Shown piece by piece: positions 51,569 to 62,084 of a stretch of 64,000 nt of DNA. The notes beneath the pieces are model-generated. The model had not been told where the DNA came from, ran no database searches, and was given only the letters and a program-made list of their open reading frames with translations. Numbering within the stretch: the stretch's first letter is position 1; each line of letters begins with the position of its first letter. The position numbers and the translations under genes are program-made. The stretch lies in the NCBI RefSeq assembly GCF_003018115.1, contig NZ_CP027457.1. One strand, 5' to 3'. The DNA is from Escherichia coli (GTDB lineage Bacteria > Pseudomonadota > Gammaproteobacteria > Enterobacterales > Enterobacteriaceae).

Positions 51569-53431
51569 TCACGACAGCTCAGGAGGGTTATTCCTGATGT
51601 CATCTTCACAAATAATGGTTAACGCATCATATATCATTCTGCGTCTGTTCCTGTTTTCGGCCTTATCGCCATACAACATCATCACATTTTTAATTTCATC
51701 GACCGGTGATTTCACATAGTGAACTAATACACCAAGCTTCTCAACACATTGCAGTAAAGTATATTTCTTACTGCCTGTGAAAAGCCCTATCATAGTTTCT
51801 TTACGTTCGCGACTGGATAATACTTTGTTTTCCATAATGACTTCAGCCAGCGTCTTACCATCATAAACATACTCTTTATCTATCAGAATATTTATCTTAT
51901 CCAGCACCTTCTCTACGTCATCAAGCAAACCTGTAATATATGGGGGCGCAATATATGGTTTCGTACTGATCTTTTCAAGCATACAATTATACATCTTAAT
52001 AACACGCATCAGGGTAAAATTGTTCGCATCATACTGTATTTCACCCTCCTTATATACAGGTTCAATAAGTGGTATTGTTTCAATAAATGCATCCTGATAG
52101 GCTTTTACATGGTCAAGCCAATAAAACAACGAGCCATACTTTATATTTTTTCTATTTACTTTAACCTCCAGTGCTGTCCGAAGCAACGATAATGCCCCCC
52201 TGACATATCCTGAAGGTAATTCACCAAACAATCCTTTTCTTTCCATGTCATCATAATGCTGCAGCACATCATTAATTTTATTTTTCCTTATCAGACAAAT
52301 GTACACCGCAAGTGTTTCGTAGCAGCTGGTCACATGAACAGCCTCATTCTGCAACTGCCCAAAATAGCTTATAATCTTTTTCAGATATGCGTCATCACAA
52401 CCATTCTTATCATTAATATTAAATACAAGATCTTTCAGACGGGAAATATATTCCTGAGATTTATCATCAAGTGAAACACTATAACGAGACAATGTTCCTT
52501 CTGCACTGTTTTCAAACTTATAAAACATTTCCAGTAATTTTTTTGCATAAGGCGTTGTATCAAAGCTGGTAAAGTCATAAAGATATTGCGCAGCGTAACC
52601 ATACAAACCATGAATCCAGAGTCCTTCTCTCACCAACACTCTGAGATAATATGCAAGGTTTTTAAGTATCTTCGTCTTTCGTTGTATATCAAGTAAGACA
52701 CTTAATGAATAAAATGCATTATAGAATTTATCAATATTCCTGAGCACTTTCTCCAGTTCATCCTTATCCAGCTTCTTCTCCCGGTAATCCTTTTTATATT
52801 CATTTTTGATAGCCATGATATATTGTTGCATCAGGCTCTTGCTTTTCCCGTTATCCTTCCGTATAGTTCCTGTATATTTCCCCAGAGCATACAGCTTTCC
52901 ATTTTCATGAAAATCTTCCTTGTTGAATCCCAGTTCAGCCAGATATTCCCGAAGATAACGTTTAACAGCAGCTTCATCGCTTTCTGTATCAGCGTGATCA
53001 AGACAAGGGCAATACGATTTCTGTAAAAAATTATAAATATGATAATAAAAAGCAGAGTCATTCTCTGGTCTGTATGTATTATACATATCTACAACAAGAA
53101 AAATAACCCCAAAAGTGCGCAGACAATAGCTGCGAAGGAATTCAGGTTTTAGTGTGGAATGCACTGGATAAGAATTCATCATGTAATAAAAATGTTCATA
53201 TCGGGCATATATGATCCGCCGTTGCTCCTGACTGAACACCCCTTCAGCATCAATAATACGACTGATCTCATTATAACGTTGATCCCAGAATTTTTGATGC
53301 ATTTCAAAATTGGTACTCTTCCGCTTGTGTGCCGGATTCTCGCCTTCCTTAAACAACCCCAAAACAGTACAAATATCATACAACAGATTTGTAAATGTGC
53401 GCATATGCTGTGCTCTCCGGTTGGTTTGCAT
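51569..53431 (-). CDS. large AT-rich hypothetical protein (620 aa), function unknown
   Basis: Long uninterrupted ORF in AT-rich DNA between the YagK-like and AlpA genes; no catalytic or nucleotide-binding motif recognised. Confidence 0.7.
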   Translation of the reverse strand: MQTNRRAQHMRTFTNLLYDICTVLGLFKEGENPAHKRKSTNFEMHQKFWDQRYNEISRIIDAEGVFSQEQRRIIYARYEHFYYMMNSYPVHSTLKPEFLRSYCLRTFGVIFLVVDMYNTYRPENDSAFYYHIYNFLQKSYCPCLDHADTESDEAAVKRYLREYLAELGFNKEDFHENGKLYALGKYTGTIRKDNGKSKSLMQQYIMAIKNEYKKDYREKKLDKDELEKVLRNIDKFYNAFYSLSVLLDIQRKTKILKNLAYYLRVLVREGLWIHGLYGYAAQYLYDFTSFDTTPYAKKLLEMFYKFENSAEGTLSRYSVSLDDKSQEYISRLKDLVFNINDKNGCDDAYLKKIISYFGQLQNEAVHVTSCYETLAVYICLIRKNKINDVLQHYDDMERKGLFGELPSGYVRGALSLLRTALEVKVNRKNIKYGSLFYWLDHVKAYQDAFIETIPLIEPVYKEGEIQYDANNFTLMRVIKMYNCMLEKISTKPYIAPPYITGLLDDVEKVLDKINILIDKEYVYDGKTLAEVIMENKVLSSRERKETMIGLFTGSKKYTLLQCVEKLGVLVHYVKSPVDEIKNVMMLYGDKAENRNRRRMIYDALTIICEDDIRNNPPELS

Positions 53432-53504
53432 TTTATCGCAGAGGACATTCTGAGCTTAACGTATCAAACTGACACAACGACATGCAATGCATATGGAGAA
53501 CAAT

Positions 53505-53792
53505 ATGTCAAATCAAACCGGACAGCTTTACACGCCTTCACGCATCCTGCGTATGGCTGAACTTACCCGACTGCTGGGTATATCAAGATCTACTATTTAC
53601 GTGAAAATAAATCCGGCCTCGAAATACCACGACCCTACCTTTCCCAAACCAATAAGGCTTGGTAGTGCATCCGTAGGCTGGCGGGCATCTGCCATCGATG
53701 AGTGGCTGATGTTACATACGGCACCAGCCTGGTCTGAACCTGAAAACAAACGAAAGGAACTTAATGATGACGACAAAACTATCACTCCCTGA
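53505..53792 (+). CDS. alpA: AlpA-family phage/island transcriptional regulator (P4 Vis-like)
   Basis: MAELTRLLGISRSTIY helix-turn-helix and FPKPIRLGSASVGWRASAIDEWL; start taken at MSNQTGQL. Confidence 0.8.
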   Translation: MSNQTGQLYTPSRILRMAELTRLLGISRSTIYVKINPASKYHDPTFPKPIRLGSASVGWRASAIDEWLMLHTAPAWSEPENKRKELNDDDKTITP

Positions 53793-55293
53793 ACTTGACA
53801 CAACTAAACTGCCTGACAGGTGCCAGGCATTACTTGATGAAATGCATGAAGAAACAGGAATACGCCGTGAAATACTTCTGTCTGTTATGCTGACGGTCAT
53901 GGCTGCCTCGGTCCAGGATACGCATGAAGTTGAACTTTCCGGAGGGCAACGTACCAGCCTTCAGATATTTATGTGTCTTTCATCAGCATCAGGCAGTGGA
54001 AAAACCTCTGCCTGCGCAAAATTAATCGCTCCTGTTCATGAAACAGAAGAAGAACTACATCAGGCATATATCGACGATAAAAAAAACTATGACCGAATGA
54101 TGGAAATGTGGACAACAGATAAAAAAATCCTGGAGCGGAGATATAAAAAGGAAATTGAAAGATCCCCGGAAAATGCTGCTGCTGCACGAGCAGCACTTGA
54201 AAAGTGTATAGCAAATAAACCCGAACCTCCCGTACAACAGGTTCTCATCGTGAATGACGCGACACCAGAAGGGATAGCTTTGAAACTCAGCCAGTCACCC
54301 TCTCTTCTGTTGCTGTCTGATGAAGGAGGTACTATTCTGGATAAGCGTTTCGAACGCAAATCGGCACTGTACAACACATTATGGAGTGGGCAACCAGTCA
54401 ACGTTGAACGGGCATCCAGACCCGGGTTCCGGCTGAATGATGTCCGTCTCACTATACTTATACTGACTCAACCGGTAATATTTAATAAGTTTTTTACTCT
54501 CACTGGCGATCAGATCCGGGGCAATGGCTTTCTGGCCCGGTTGCTATTTTGCGAACCCGGAGCAATTAAAATAATGACGACAGAACCGCATACTGCCACT
54601 CCTGTTGTGACGCAACAATGTGCAAGCTGTTTTCGTAAGAAAAGTTTTGGCAGTCAGATCAGAGACTCTCTGAGAGCATCCAGAGAAAGACGTGCAAAAA
54701 GTAAAGAGCGCATCTGCATGACATTATCAAATGCAGCATCCCGCGCACTGGAGCGCTTTCACAAAGAAAATATGGATACTGTCAGACAGAATCCTCATAT
54801 GGGTACTTTTGAAGACATTATTGTCAGAAAAAGAGAGCAGGTTGTCAGGATAGCAGCACTTCTGGAACTGGAGAAAGATCCAGACTCGACAGTAATAACG
54901 CTGGAAAGTACTAATAGCGCCATTTATCTCATTGAATTTTATTTCAAGCATCTTATATATAAACTTGAATCCCTTCGGGAAATATCCCCGGCTGAGAAAC
55001 TTGATAAATGGCTTCAGAAAAGAATTATCACAACAGCAGGTTACATATTCCAGAAAAGTTATATTTTACAATATGCCCCATATGCTCTCAGGAAAAAATG
55101 TGTTCTGGATGAAGCACTTGACATACTGGCGGAACAAAGGAAAATAAGGATTGATGATAACCTGGTTGTTTATATAGGAAACACGATTACACCATCCGAA
55201 CTGGCAAAAAAACTAAATATTCCTGCATTCGATGCCGGAGTTTTCATTTGTGATCATCAAAACATACTGAAGTATCACCGAAACAGACTATAG
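53764..55293 (+). CDS. YfjI/DUF3987-like P-loop protein of CP4/P4-type islands
   Basis: Walker A-like SASGSGKTSA; overlaps the alpA 3-prime end as in CP4-57-type elements. Confidence 0.7.
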   Translation: MMTTKLSLPELDTTKLPDRCQALLDEMHEETGIRREILLSVMLTVMAASVQDTHEVELSGGQRTSLQIFMCLSSASGSGKTSACAKLIAPVHETEEELHQAYIDDKKNYDRMMEMWTTDKKILERRYKKEIERSPENAAAARAALEKCIANKPEPPVQQVLIVNDATPEGIALKLSQSPSLLLLSDEGGTILDKRFERKSALYNTLWSGQPVNVERASRPGFRLNDVRLTILILTQPVIFNKFFTLTGDQIRGNGFLARLLFCEPGAIKIMTTEPHTATPVVTQQCASCFRKKSFGSQIRDSLRASRERRAKSKERICMTLSNAASRALERFHKENMDTVRQNPHMGTFEDIIVRKREQVVRIAALLELEKDPDSTVITLESTNSAIYLIEFYFKHLIYKLESLREISPAEKLDKWLQKRIITTAGYIFQKSYILQYAPYALRKKCVLDEALDILAEQRKIRIDDNLVVYIGNTITPSELAKKLNIPAFDAGVFICDHQNILKYHRNRL

Positions 55294-55462
55294 ATACTAT
55301 CGGACAAAAAATAAATTATCACAAGTGTATTATTCGTTATAATAATGAATAATCGTTATCTGAGTGCAATGCCAGGTTTTCATTACGAACTGGCATTGCA
55401 TTTATTTTTCAAAAAAGAAAGCAGTAACCATTTGGCTACTCTGAGTATGCCAGTCCATGAAA

Positions 55463-56680
55463 CTAAGCGAATTCCTTAGTGTTTTTAGCAAGTTGAGACA
55501 TCACATAATCCGCCCATGCCTGCATCATCGGTACACGCTGCTCCAGTAGATCAGTACGATGATATGCCGCCTCAACCTTATTTTTCAGCGTATGAGCGAG
55601 CGCCCTTTCCGCCAGATCCCGCGAATACCCCTGTTCACTACACCAGTCCCTGAATGTTGAGCGAAAACCATGTGCCGTGGCAACTCGCCCCGGTATATCA
55701 CTGATGGCTTTCTTTTTACGCAGAAAACTCGTCAACACCATATCTGAAAGGATCTGCTGCTTTCTGGGAGAAGGAAACACTAGTTCATCATGCAAACCAC
55801 GTATATTTTCCAGAATGTGAATGGCCTGCCGGGATAAAGGAACACGATGCTGTATCCTGGCTTTCATTCTTTCTGCGGGTATAGTCCATATCCGCTTATG
55901 AAAATCAATTTCAGCCCAGCGCATTCCCCTGGCTTCGCCCGAGCGGGTTGCTGTAAGTATCACCATTAATAACAGTGCCCGGGTAACATTATAAGGTTCA
56001 TCTGTATACACACTGGTCGCCACAAAAAGCGGTAACTGCCTCCAGGGCATTGCGGGTTGGTGTTCATCACGTCCTCTTGTCTGCTGAGGAAGCAAATGGT
56101 CAACCACATCAACAGGGTTTGCCACACAAAAACCGTGCGCCCATCCCCACTGCATAACAACATGAATGCGCTGTTTAACCCGGCTTGCCGTTTCTGACAA
56201 GGTTAACCAGACTGGACGCAGTGTTTCTGCCACGTCCGCAGCCGTAATCGAATCCAGCGTTTTTGCTCCCAGTTGAGGAAACGCGTAATTTTCAAGCGTC
56301 GATAACCACTGCCTGACATGCTTTGGATTTTCCCATCCCGGTGACAATTCAGCATGTACACGCCTGGCTGCATCGGCAAATGTTGGGATAACAACTTTTT
56401 CAGCTTCAGCCTTTTTAATCTCCAGTGGGTCATCACCTGCAGCAAGTTGCTCTCGCATTATCCGGGCAGCACGTGCAGCTTCAGCAATACTGACCTCAGG
56501 ATAAGTTCCCAATCCAGCATTACGCCTTTTTTGTGTCACCGGACTTACATAACGAAAAACCCATTTACCCCGCCCTTTTACTGAAGAAGGATGAAGAGTC
56601 AGTCCTGTAATTCCCCCATGGGGCAATGGTTTGTCATCAGGTTTGATATGCCTTGCTTTAGTATCCGTCAATACTGCCAT
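55463..56680 (-). CDS. int: P4-type tyrosine integrase
   Basis: 405 aa; N-terminal MAVLTDTKARHIKPDDKPLPHGGITGLTLHPSSVKGRGKWVFRY, catalytic boxes ...TATRSGEARGMRW..., AHGFRSTFRDW, LAERALAHTLKNKVEAAYHRTD. Confidence 0.9.
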   Translation of the reverse strand: MAVLTDTKARHIKPDDKPLPHGGITGLTLHPSSVKGRGKWVFRYVSPVTQKRRNAGLGTYPEVSIAEAARAARIMREQLAAGDDPLEIKKAEAEKVVIPTFADAARRVHAELSPGWENPKHVRQWLSTLENYAFPQLGAKTLDSITAADVAETLRPVWLTLSETASRVKQRIHVVMQWGWAHGFCVANPVDVVDHLLPQQTRGRDEHQPAMPWRQLPLFVATSVYTDEPYNVTRALLLMVILTATRSGEARGMRWAEIDFHKRIWTIPAERMKARIQHRVPLSRQAIHILENIRGLHDELVFPSPRKQQILSDMVLTSFLRKKKAISDIPGRVATAHGFRSTFRDWCSEQGYSRDLAERALAHTLKNKVEAAYHRTDLLEQRVPMMQAWADYVMSQLAKNTKEFA

Positions 56681-56945
56681 ACGCTAATTCCTGTTACTCT
56701 GGTATGCCATCCAGTATGCCATTAGTCTCTCGCTTCACTAAGAATACATTAGATAATATCGGACAGCAAAAAGTGTAATACATTGTTTATAATGAAATTA
56801 TATAACACCCCCGGATTAAGTCAGATTTATTTCAGGCGGCCCCCCTCACCGCCATATTTAAAGAAGAGCTCGTACGAAAGTACGGGCTTTTTTTTCGTAT
56901 ATTGCACACACCGGGGGGATGAGAATCCCCGACCGGGATACTTAG

Positions 56946-57632
56946 TTAATGCAACGGTTCACTCTTTGTCGCCGCGACTAATGGGCGAATTTTGTCACGA
57001 GTCTCCCAGACCGGAGGGATTTCCTCCAATTTAGTGACAGAAGCTCGTACAAAAGGCACCCGTGCAAGAGTCATAATCGTATCCAACCAACGGTCACGAA
57101 TAATGCGATCCGCCCTTTCATGACTCGGGTCATCCAGCTCAATAACACAGACTATTTTATTGTTCTTCTTTGAAACCAGAACATAATCCATTGCCATGCC
57201 ATTATAAATTGCAAAGAAACGCTTTCTTTCTTCTTCGCTAAACTCAGGTTGTTCTGGAAAGTTGATCAAGCGCCCCAGAGAGACCTGGCAATGGATATGA
57301 CAATAATGTCCAAACCATTTTTCCAGATTATCGAAATACATTTTTTCACAACGCGTGATTAACCACTCTTTTCTTTCCAATAAAATACCTTCGGCAACCA
57401 TTCCCTGAAATAACTCATCTCGCTCTTGCCAACGAGAGTCACGATAGGTTTTCTGCGGTATATAGCTCCTTGTCGACGCCTTAGCGGCAGGGGAAGTTGC
57501 AGATGAAGGGACTGGTTGCGATTTAGCGATGATTACCGATGAGGCAACTTTTCGGAGTGTCAATTTTCTGGCAACAGCAAAACCGGCGATAAATGCAATT
57601 GTCAAACAAGTTACAAAAGACATAAAGCTCAT
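56946..57632 (-). CDS. hypothetical membrane-anchored protein
   Basis: 228-aa ORF with N-terminal hydrophobic segment; no family assigned with confidence. Confidence 0.45.
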   Translation of the reverse strand: MSFMSFVTCLTIAFIAGFAVARKLTLRKVASSVIIAKSQPVPSSATSPAAKASTRSYIPQKTYRDSRWQERDELFQGMVAEGILLERKEWLITRCEKMYFDNLEKWFGHYCHIHCQVSLGRLINFPEQPEFSEEERKRFFAIYNGMAMDYVLVSKKNNKIVCVIELDDPSHERADRIIRDRWLDTIMTLARVPFVRASVTKLEEIPPVWETRDKIRPLVAATKSEPLH

Positions 57633-58178
57633 AATTAATGTTCACCTATCCATGTTGATTATATTTCATTACCAATGTTACTCGCTGAAGCGTGTTACAT
57701 GCCAACAATGCAACGATCAATATATAGTTAGTATCATGTTTTGATTATTACAACCATCCCTATTTAGCCATTGCGGCTTGCCTTCCACAAAAAAACAACA
57801 ACACACAATATTAGCCAAAGAATTAATTAAGATTAACCTTACATTTATAATATTATCCCTAAAGAATAAATCAGAGGAATATATTCGGTGTTAAACAGTC
57901 AGTCAAAGTATGGCCCATTGTTGATTAAACCTCATAAGCAAAATTGGCACCAGATCTCCTGTACAGGTTGAATGGCCGAAAAAAGATAGGCAGATGCTCA
58001 TTTTTTTGGCTTCTGGAAGAAAAACTCTCCGCGCTGGCAGTATTACACTGGTCTGATGCTATGACGAAAAATGCCTGGTAAGAGTATCTAAACCAGACTC
58101 CAGTTCAGCTTATCAACACCCTCAAAGTCGCCCCCCTGAACGCTAACCTGAAGTGAAAATCTGTTGAAATAAAACAAA

Positions 58179-58197
58179 GCCCGGTTCGCCCGGGCTC
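58179..58197 (-). terminator. hairpin downstream of phoH
   Basis: GCCCGG-ttcg-CCCGGGC inverted repeat; on the minus strand it is followed by a T-rich tract (TTTGTTTTATTT), consistent with a rho-independent terminator. Confidence 0.5.
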
Positions 58198-58213
58198 TGC
58201 ACCGATAATACAC

Positions 58214-59278
58214 TTAACTGTATGCATGTAGCGTACGTTGGCAAAGTGCCGAACGTACGCAATCCTCTTTACCGAATCGGACGATCCCGACCATTTCATC
58301 TTCTTCGAAACGTTCCAGTGCGTCACTTAATCCGGAGTGCACGCCGCGAGGTAAATCGCATTGCGTGATATCACCGTTGACGATAACCGTCACGTTCTCC
58401 CCGAGGCGGGTTAAAAACATTTTCATTTGCGCGGCAGTCACATTCTGCGCCTCGTCAAGAATGACGACTGCATTTTCAAAGGTACGTCCACGCATATAGG
58501 CGAACGGCGCAATTTCCACCTTCCCTATTTCCGGTCGCAGGCAGTACTGCATAAAGGAAGCCCCTAAGCGCCGGACCAGCACGTCGTATACCGGGCGAAA
58601 ATAGGGAGCAAACTTTTCTGCGATATCTCCAGGTAAGAAGCCAAGATCTTCATCGGCTTGCAGAACTGGACGGGTGACGATAATCCTGTCGACATCCTTA
58701 TGTATCAGGGCCTCTGCCGCTTTTGCTGCGCTGATCCAGGTTTTTCCGCACCCGGCTTCGCCCGTGGCGAATATCAGCTGCTTACTCTCAATAGCCTTCA
58801 GATAGTGCAATTGCGCTTCATTTCGCGCGAGGATGGGCGAGGTATCGCGACTGTCGCGGGCCATACCAATGGCTTCTACGCCGCTCATCTGCACAAGCGA
58901 GGTGACCGATTCTTCTTCACGCTGCTTATGGCTGCGCGAATCCCGTCTCAGCACACGTTTTGCCTCGCGACGAGCTTTGATCACTGCTTTTTGTCTTCCC
59001 ATGGAGAGCACCTTGAGTTGTTTGTATTCATCACACGCGCCGTTGGCAGCGCGATTATGCGCACGAACATCAGAGGGTTGGCTTCCTTGTAAGCCATAGT
59101 TTGCTTTTGGATAAAATGCCGAAAAACGGCTACGCGCACCGTTTACGGCGTCGGTAACACATGAAAAGAAAGGATGAGGTTGAAAATGCAAAGTGACGAG
59201 ATGACTACCGGAGGAGAAAACTCCGCGAGTGGTGGCGCGTTGATTATCTAAAACATGTCCAGTACAGGACGTTACCAT
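58214..59278 (-). CDS. phoH: PhoH ATPase (phosphate-starvation inducible)
   Basis: 354 aa; Walker A GEAGCGKT; matches my recollection of E. coli PhoH. Confidence 0.9.
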   Translation of the reverse strand: MVTSCTGHVLDNQRATTRGVFSSGSHLVTLHFQPHPFFSCVTDAVNGARSRFSAFYPKANYGLQGSQPSDVRAHNRAANGACDEYKQLKVLSMGRQKAVIKARREAKRVLRRDSRSHKQREEESVTSLVQMSGVEAIGMARDSRDTSPILARNEAQLHYLKAIESKQLIFATGEAGCGKTWISAAKAAEALIHKDVDRIIVTRPVLQADEDLGFLPGDIAEKFAPYFRPVYDVLVRRLGASFMQYCLRPEIGKVEIAPFAYMRGRTFENAVVILDEAQNVTAAQMKMFLTRLGENVTVIVNGDITQCDLPRGVHSGLSDALERFEEDEMVGIVRFGKEDCVRSALCQRTLHAYS

Positions 59279-59426
59279 CCGCGATCTCCATAGTGACTGA
59301 CTATCACTGCCGGGAACTTCCGCTGCTACTTAATAAGTACAACAGATCTCGCATTTATTGCAACAATATATTTACTTATATTTAACTATAAAACACCATT
59401 TCAGTGACATTAGTTTCTACTGGAAA

Positions 59427-59450
59427 GATGACAGAGTGATGACAGTGATG
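59427..59450 (-). promoter_or_regulatory. putative PhoB box upstream of phoH
   Basis: Minus strand reads CATCACTGTCATCACTCTGTCATC, i.e. tandem CTGTCAT half-sites about 150-170 bp upstream of the phoH start. Confidence 0.5.
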
Positions 59451-59479
59451 AAAAAAGCTGTGTGCTTTCAGCAGGATTT

Positions 59480-59622
59480 GCATCAGGCATCAGTGCACGA
59501 TCGCCGGATGCGGCGTGAACGCCTTATCCAGCCTACCAAACCCGCACTGATTGTAGGCATGATAAGACGCGCAAGCGTCGCATCAGGCATCTGCGCACAA
59601 ATGCCTTATCCGCCTAAAAACA
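59480..59622. repeat. REP/BIME-type extragenic palindromic elements
   Basis: GCCGGATGCGGCGTGAACGCCTTATCCAGCCTAC and an inverted partner ...GCATCAGGCATCTGCGCACAAATGCCTTATCCGCCTA; classic E. coli REP sequence. Confidence 0.7.
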
Positions 59623-60894
59623 TTAAACCCGCAATAATGCGCTTCCGAGATAATCGTTCGCGTCCTTCACTCCCGGCAGCGCAAAAAAATAACCGCCGCC
59701 GATAGGTTTAACGTATTCCTCCAGCGCTTCGCCATTGAGCCTTTTTTGTACTGTCAGGAAGCCTTTTTCCAGATCGTGCTGGTAGCAGACAAACAGCAAC
59801 CCCATATCCAGTTGTCCGGAGTTGGTGACGCCCAGTGAATAACTGTAGCCACGACGCAGCATCAGGCTGGACTCACTCTCCGCCGTGCGGGGATTCGCCA
59901 GCCGGATATGGCTGTCCAACGCAATCACCTTCCCTTCCGGGTCGCTGGCGTAATCAGGCACATCATGCTCATGTTGCATTCCCAGCGGCGCACCGGTTTG
60001 CTTATCACGGCCAAAAATCGTCTGCTGTTCTTTCAGCGGCGTTCTGTCCCAAAATTCCACTCGAAACTGAATCAAGCGTACTGCCTGATAGCTGCCACCG
60101 ATTGTCCACGCAAGCTCCTGCTGATCTGCCGTTACCCACACCACTTTTTGCATCAACTTATCATTCTGGCTATCGGGATTGGCAGTGCCGTCTTTGAAAC
60201 CCAGCAAATTAATCGGCGTCTCTTTGCCTTTACTACGCGCCGCGTGATCGGAAATAAACCCTTCCCGCTTCCAGCGCACACTGAGCAAATCCGGCGTGTG
60301 TTTGATGATATCGCGCAGCGCATGGATCACCGTGTCCTGGGTGTTGGCGCAAATCTGTAACAACACATCACCATGACATAACGCCGCATCCAGCGAGTCG
60401 TTGGGGAAACGCGTCATCTTCTGCAGCTTTTTTGGCATCTGTGGCGCAAGGCCAAAGCGCTCATCAAACAATGAGTGACCCACCGATAACGTGATGGTGA
60501 GATTATCGGGCGCAATGTAGCCGCCAAGAATGCCGGAATCGAGTGGTGGCAGGCGCGGATTTGGCGTTTCTGGTGCTGCTCCGCCCTGAGTCAGAAAAGC
60601 AAAACGCTGAGTCAACAAGCGAAACAACCGCTCAAGATCGGCTTTATCGCTGGCAAGCACATCAAACGCCACCAGCATCATTGCGGCCTGTTGTGGCGTC
60701 AGGATCCCTGCCTGATGCTCACCATAAAACGGCTGTTTCTCATTGCGTGCATCCGGTGAAAGCGTACCCGGCGCACTTTGCGTTTTTTGTGCATGAGCGA
60801 CCGGACAACTTCCCGCCAGCGCCAGTGCACCAATCCCTTTCAGTAAACGTCGGCGTGACGGTCCATTCACGCCGTTTTCATCTTTATACTGCAT
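59623..60894 (-). CDS. efeB: EfeB Dyp-type peroxidase (Tat-exported)
   Basis: 423 aa with twin-arginine signal ([16 protein letters not shown]); last gene of efeUOB. Confidence 0.9.
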   Translation of the reverse strand: MQYKDENGVNGPSRRRLLKGIGALALAGSCPVAHAQKTQSAPGTLSPDARNEKQPFYGEHQAGILTPQQAAMMLVAFDVLASDKADLERLFRLLTQRFAFLTQGGAAPETPNPRLPPLDSGILGGYIAPDNLTITLSVGHSLFDERFGLAPQMPKKLQKMTRFPNDSLDAALCHGDVLLQICANTQDTVIHALRDIIKHTPDLLSVRWKREGFISDHAARSKGKETPINLLGFKDGTANPDSQNDKLMQKVVWVTADQQELAWTIGGSYQAVRLIQFRVEFWDRTPLKEQQTIFGRDKQTGAPLGMQHEHDVPDYASDPEGKVIALDSHIRLANPRTAESESSLMLRRGYSYSLGVTNSGQLDMGLLFVCYQHDLEKGFLTVQKRLNGEALEEYVKPIGGGYFFALPGVKDANDYLGSALLRV

Positions 60895-60899
60895 AACGC

Positions 60900-62027
60900 T
60901 TAATCCAGTCCCAGCACACCGCGAAGTTGCGCCAGATCTTCCGCCAGCGCAGTAATCGGTCCTTTCAGTGCATTCCGGTCGGCATCGGTCAATTTGTCGT
61001 AGGTTTCAAAACCGTCTTTAGTACGGTATTTCGCCAGAATGGTATCGACCTTTTTAAAGTTGGCATCGACTTTTGCCAACAGTTCCGGGTTGGCTTTTTG
61101 CAGTTGTGGACGCAGCAGATCGACAATTTTCTGCGAGCCTTCAACGTTAGCCTGGAAATCCCACAGATCGGTGTGGCTGTAGCGATCTTCTTCACCGCTG
61201 ATTTTGCTGGCTGCCACTTCCTCAATCAGTCCGGCTGCGCCGCCGACCACTTTTGAAGGTGGGAAAGCCAGTTCACTGATGCGTTTTTGCAAATCGACCA
61301 CATCGGTATAAAGCTGGTCGGCATACTTATCCATCCCTTTGGTGGTGTTGTCGCCAAACAATGCTTTTTCCAGACGGTGGAAACCGGTGAATTTTGGATC
61401 AGCAGCTTTTTGCTCGTAATCATCTTCACGGGCGTCAATGCTGCCATCCAGATCGGAGAACAGTTCAGCAATCGGTTCAATGCGCTCATAGTGCTGGCGC
61501 GTCGGCGCATACAGTGCTTTCGCTTTTTCGATATCGCCTGCTTTAATCGCGTCGGTAAAGGCTTTGGTGTCGGTCACCAGCTGTGTGGTTTCCGCCATGA
61601 CATACGCTTTATATGCAGTAATTGCACCACCAAGACTTAACAGCGCATCACTTTGCGCCGCATCCGCCGTTGCCTCACCTTTGACAATCAACTTCCCTTT
61701 CGGGTTAGTCAGCAGACCGCAGGTCATATCGTATTCGCCAGGCTGTAAATTCGCCGTCATTTTCTGGCTAAAACCAGGGGCGATATTTTCCCGCTCTTCC
61801 ACCACCATCACGCCTTTGAGGATCTCCCACTCCAGCGCCTTCTGGCTGTGGTTCTGAATAATGAACTGTGTTTTCCCGGCGTTAACCGTAATGGTCATCG
61901 GTTCGCACTGCTTATCCGTCACGGTCACTTTGACCTGCGGCACATCAGCGGCGTTAGCCATAAAAGCAGAAGAGAACAGCGCAGCCACGCTCAACTGCAA
62001 TGCGTTACGGCGGAAGTTAATGGTCAT
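60900..62027 (-). CDS. efeO: EfeO periplasmic iron-uptake component
   Basis: 375 aa with signal peptide; between efeU and efeB. Confidence 0.9.
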   Translation of the reverse strand: MTINFRRNALQLSVAALFSSAFMANAADVPQVKVTVTDKQCEPMTITVNAGKTQFIIQNHSQKALEWEILKGVMVVEERENIAPGFSQKMTANLQPGEYDMTCGLLTNPKGKLIVKGEATADAAQSDALLSLGGAITAYKAYVMAETTQLVTDTKAFTDAIKAGDIEKAKALYAPTRQHYERIEPIAELFSDLDGSIDAREDDYEQKAADPKFTGFHRLEKALFGDNTTKGMDKYADQLYTDVVDLQKRISELAFPPSKVVGGAAGLIEEVAASKISGEEDRYSHTDLWDFQANVEGSQKIVDLLRPQLQKANPELLAKVDANFKKVDTILAKYRTKDGFETYDKLTDADRNALKGPITALAEDLAQLRGVLGLD

Positions 62028-62084
62028 GACGAGACTATCCCTTTAAAGTATGTTGTAACTAAGCAAGAGTTTGCGTCGTATTTG

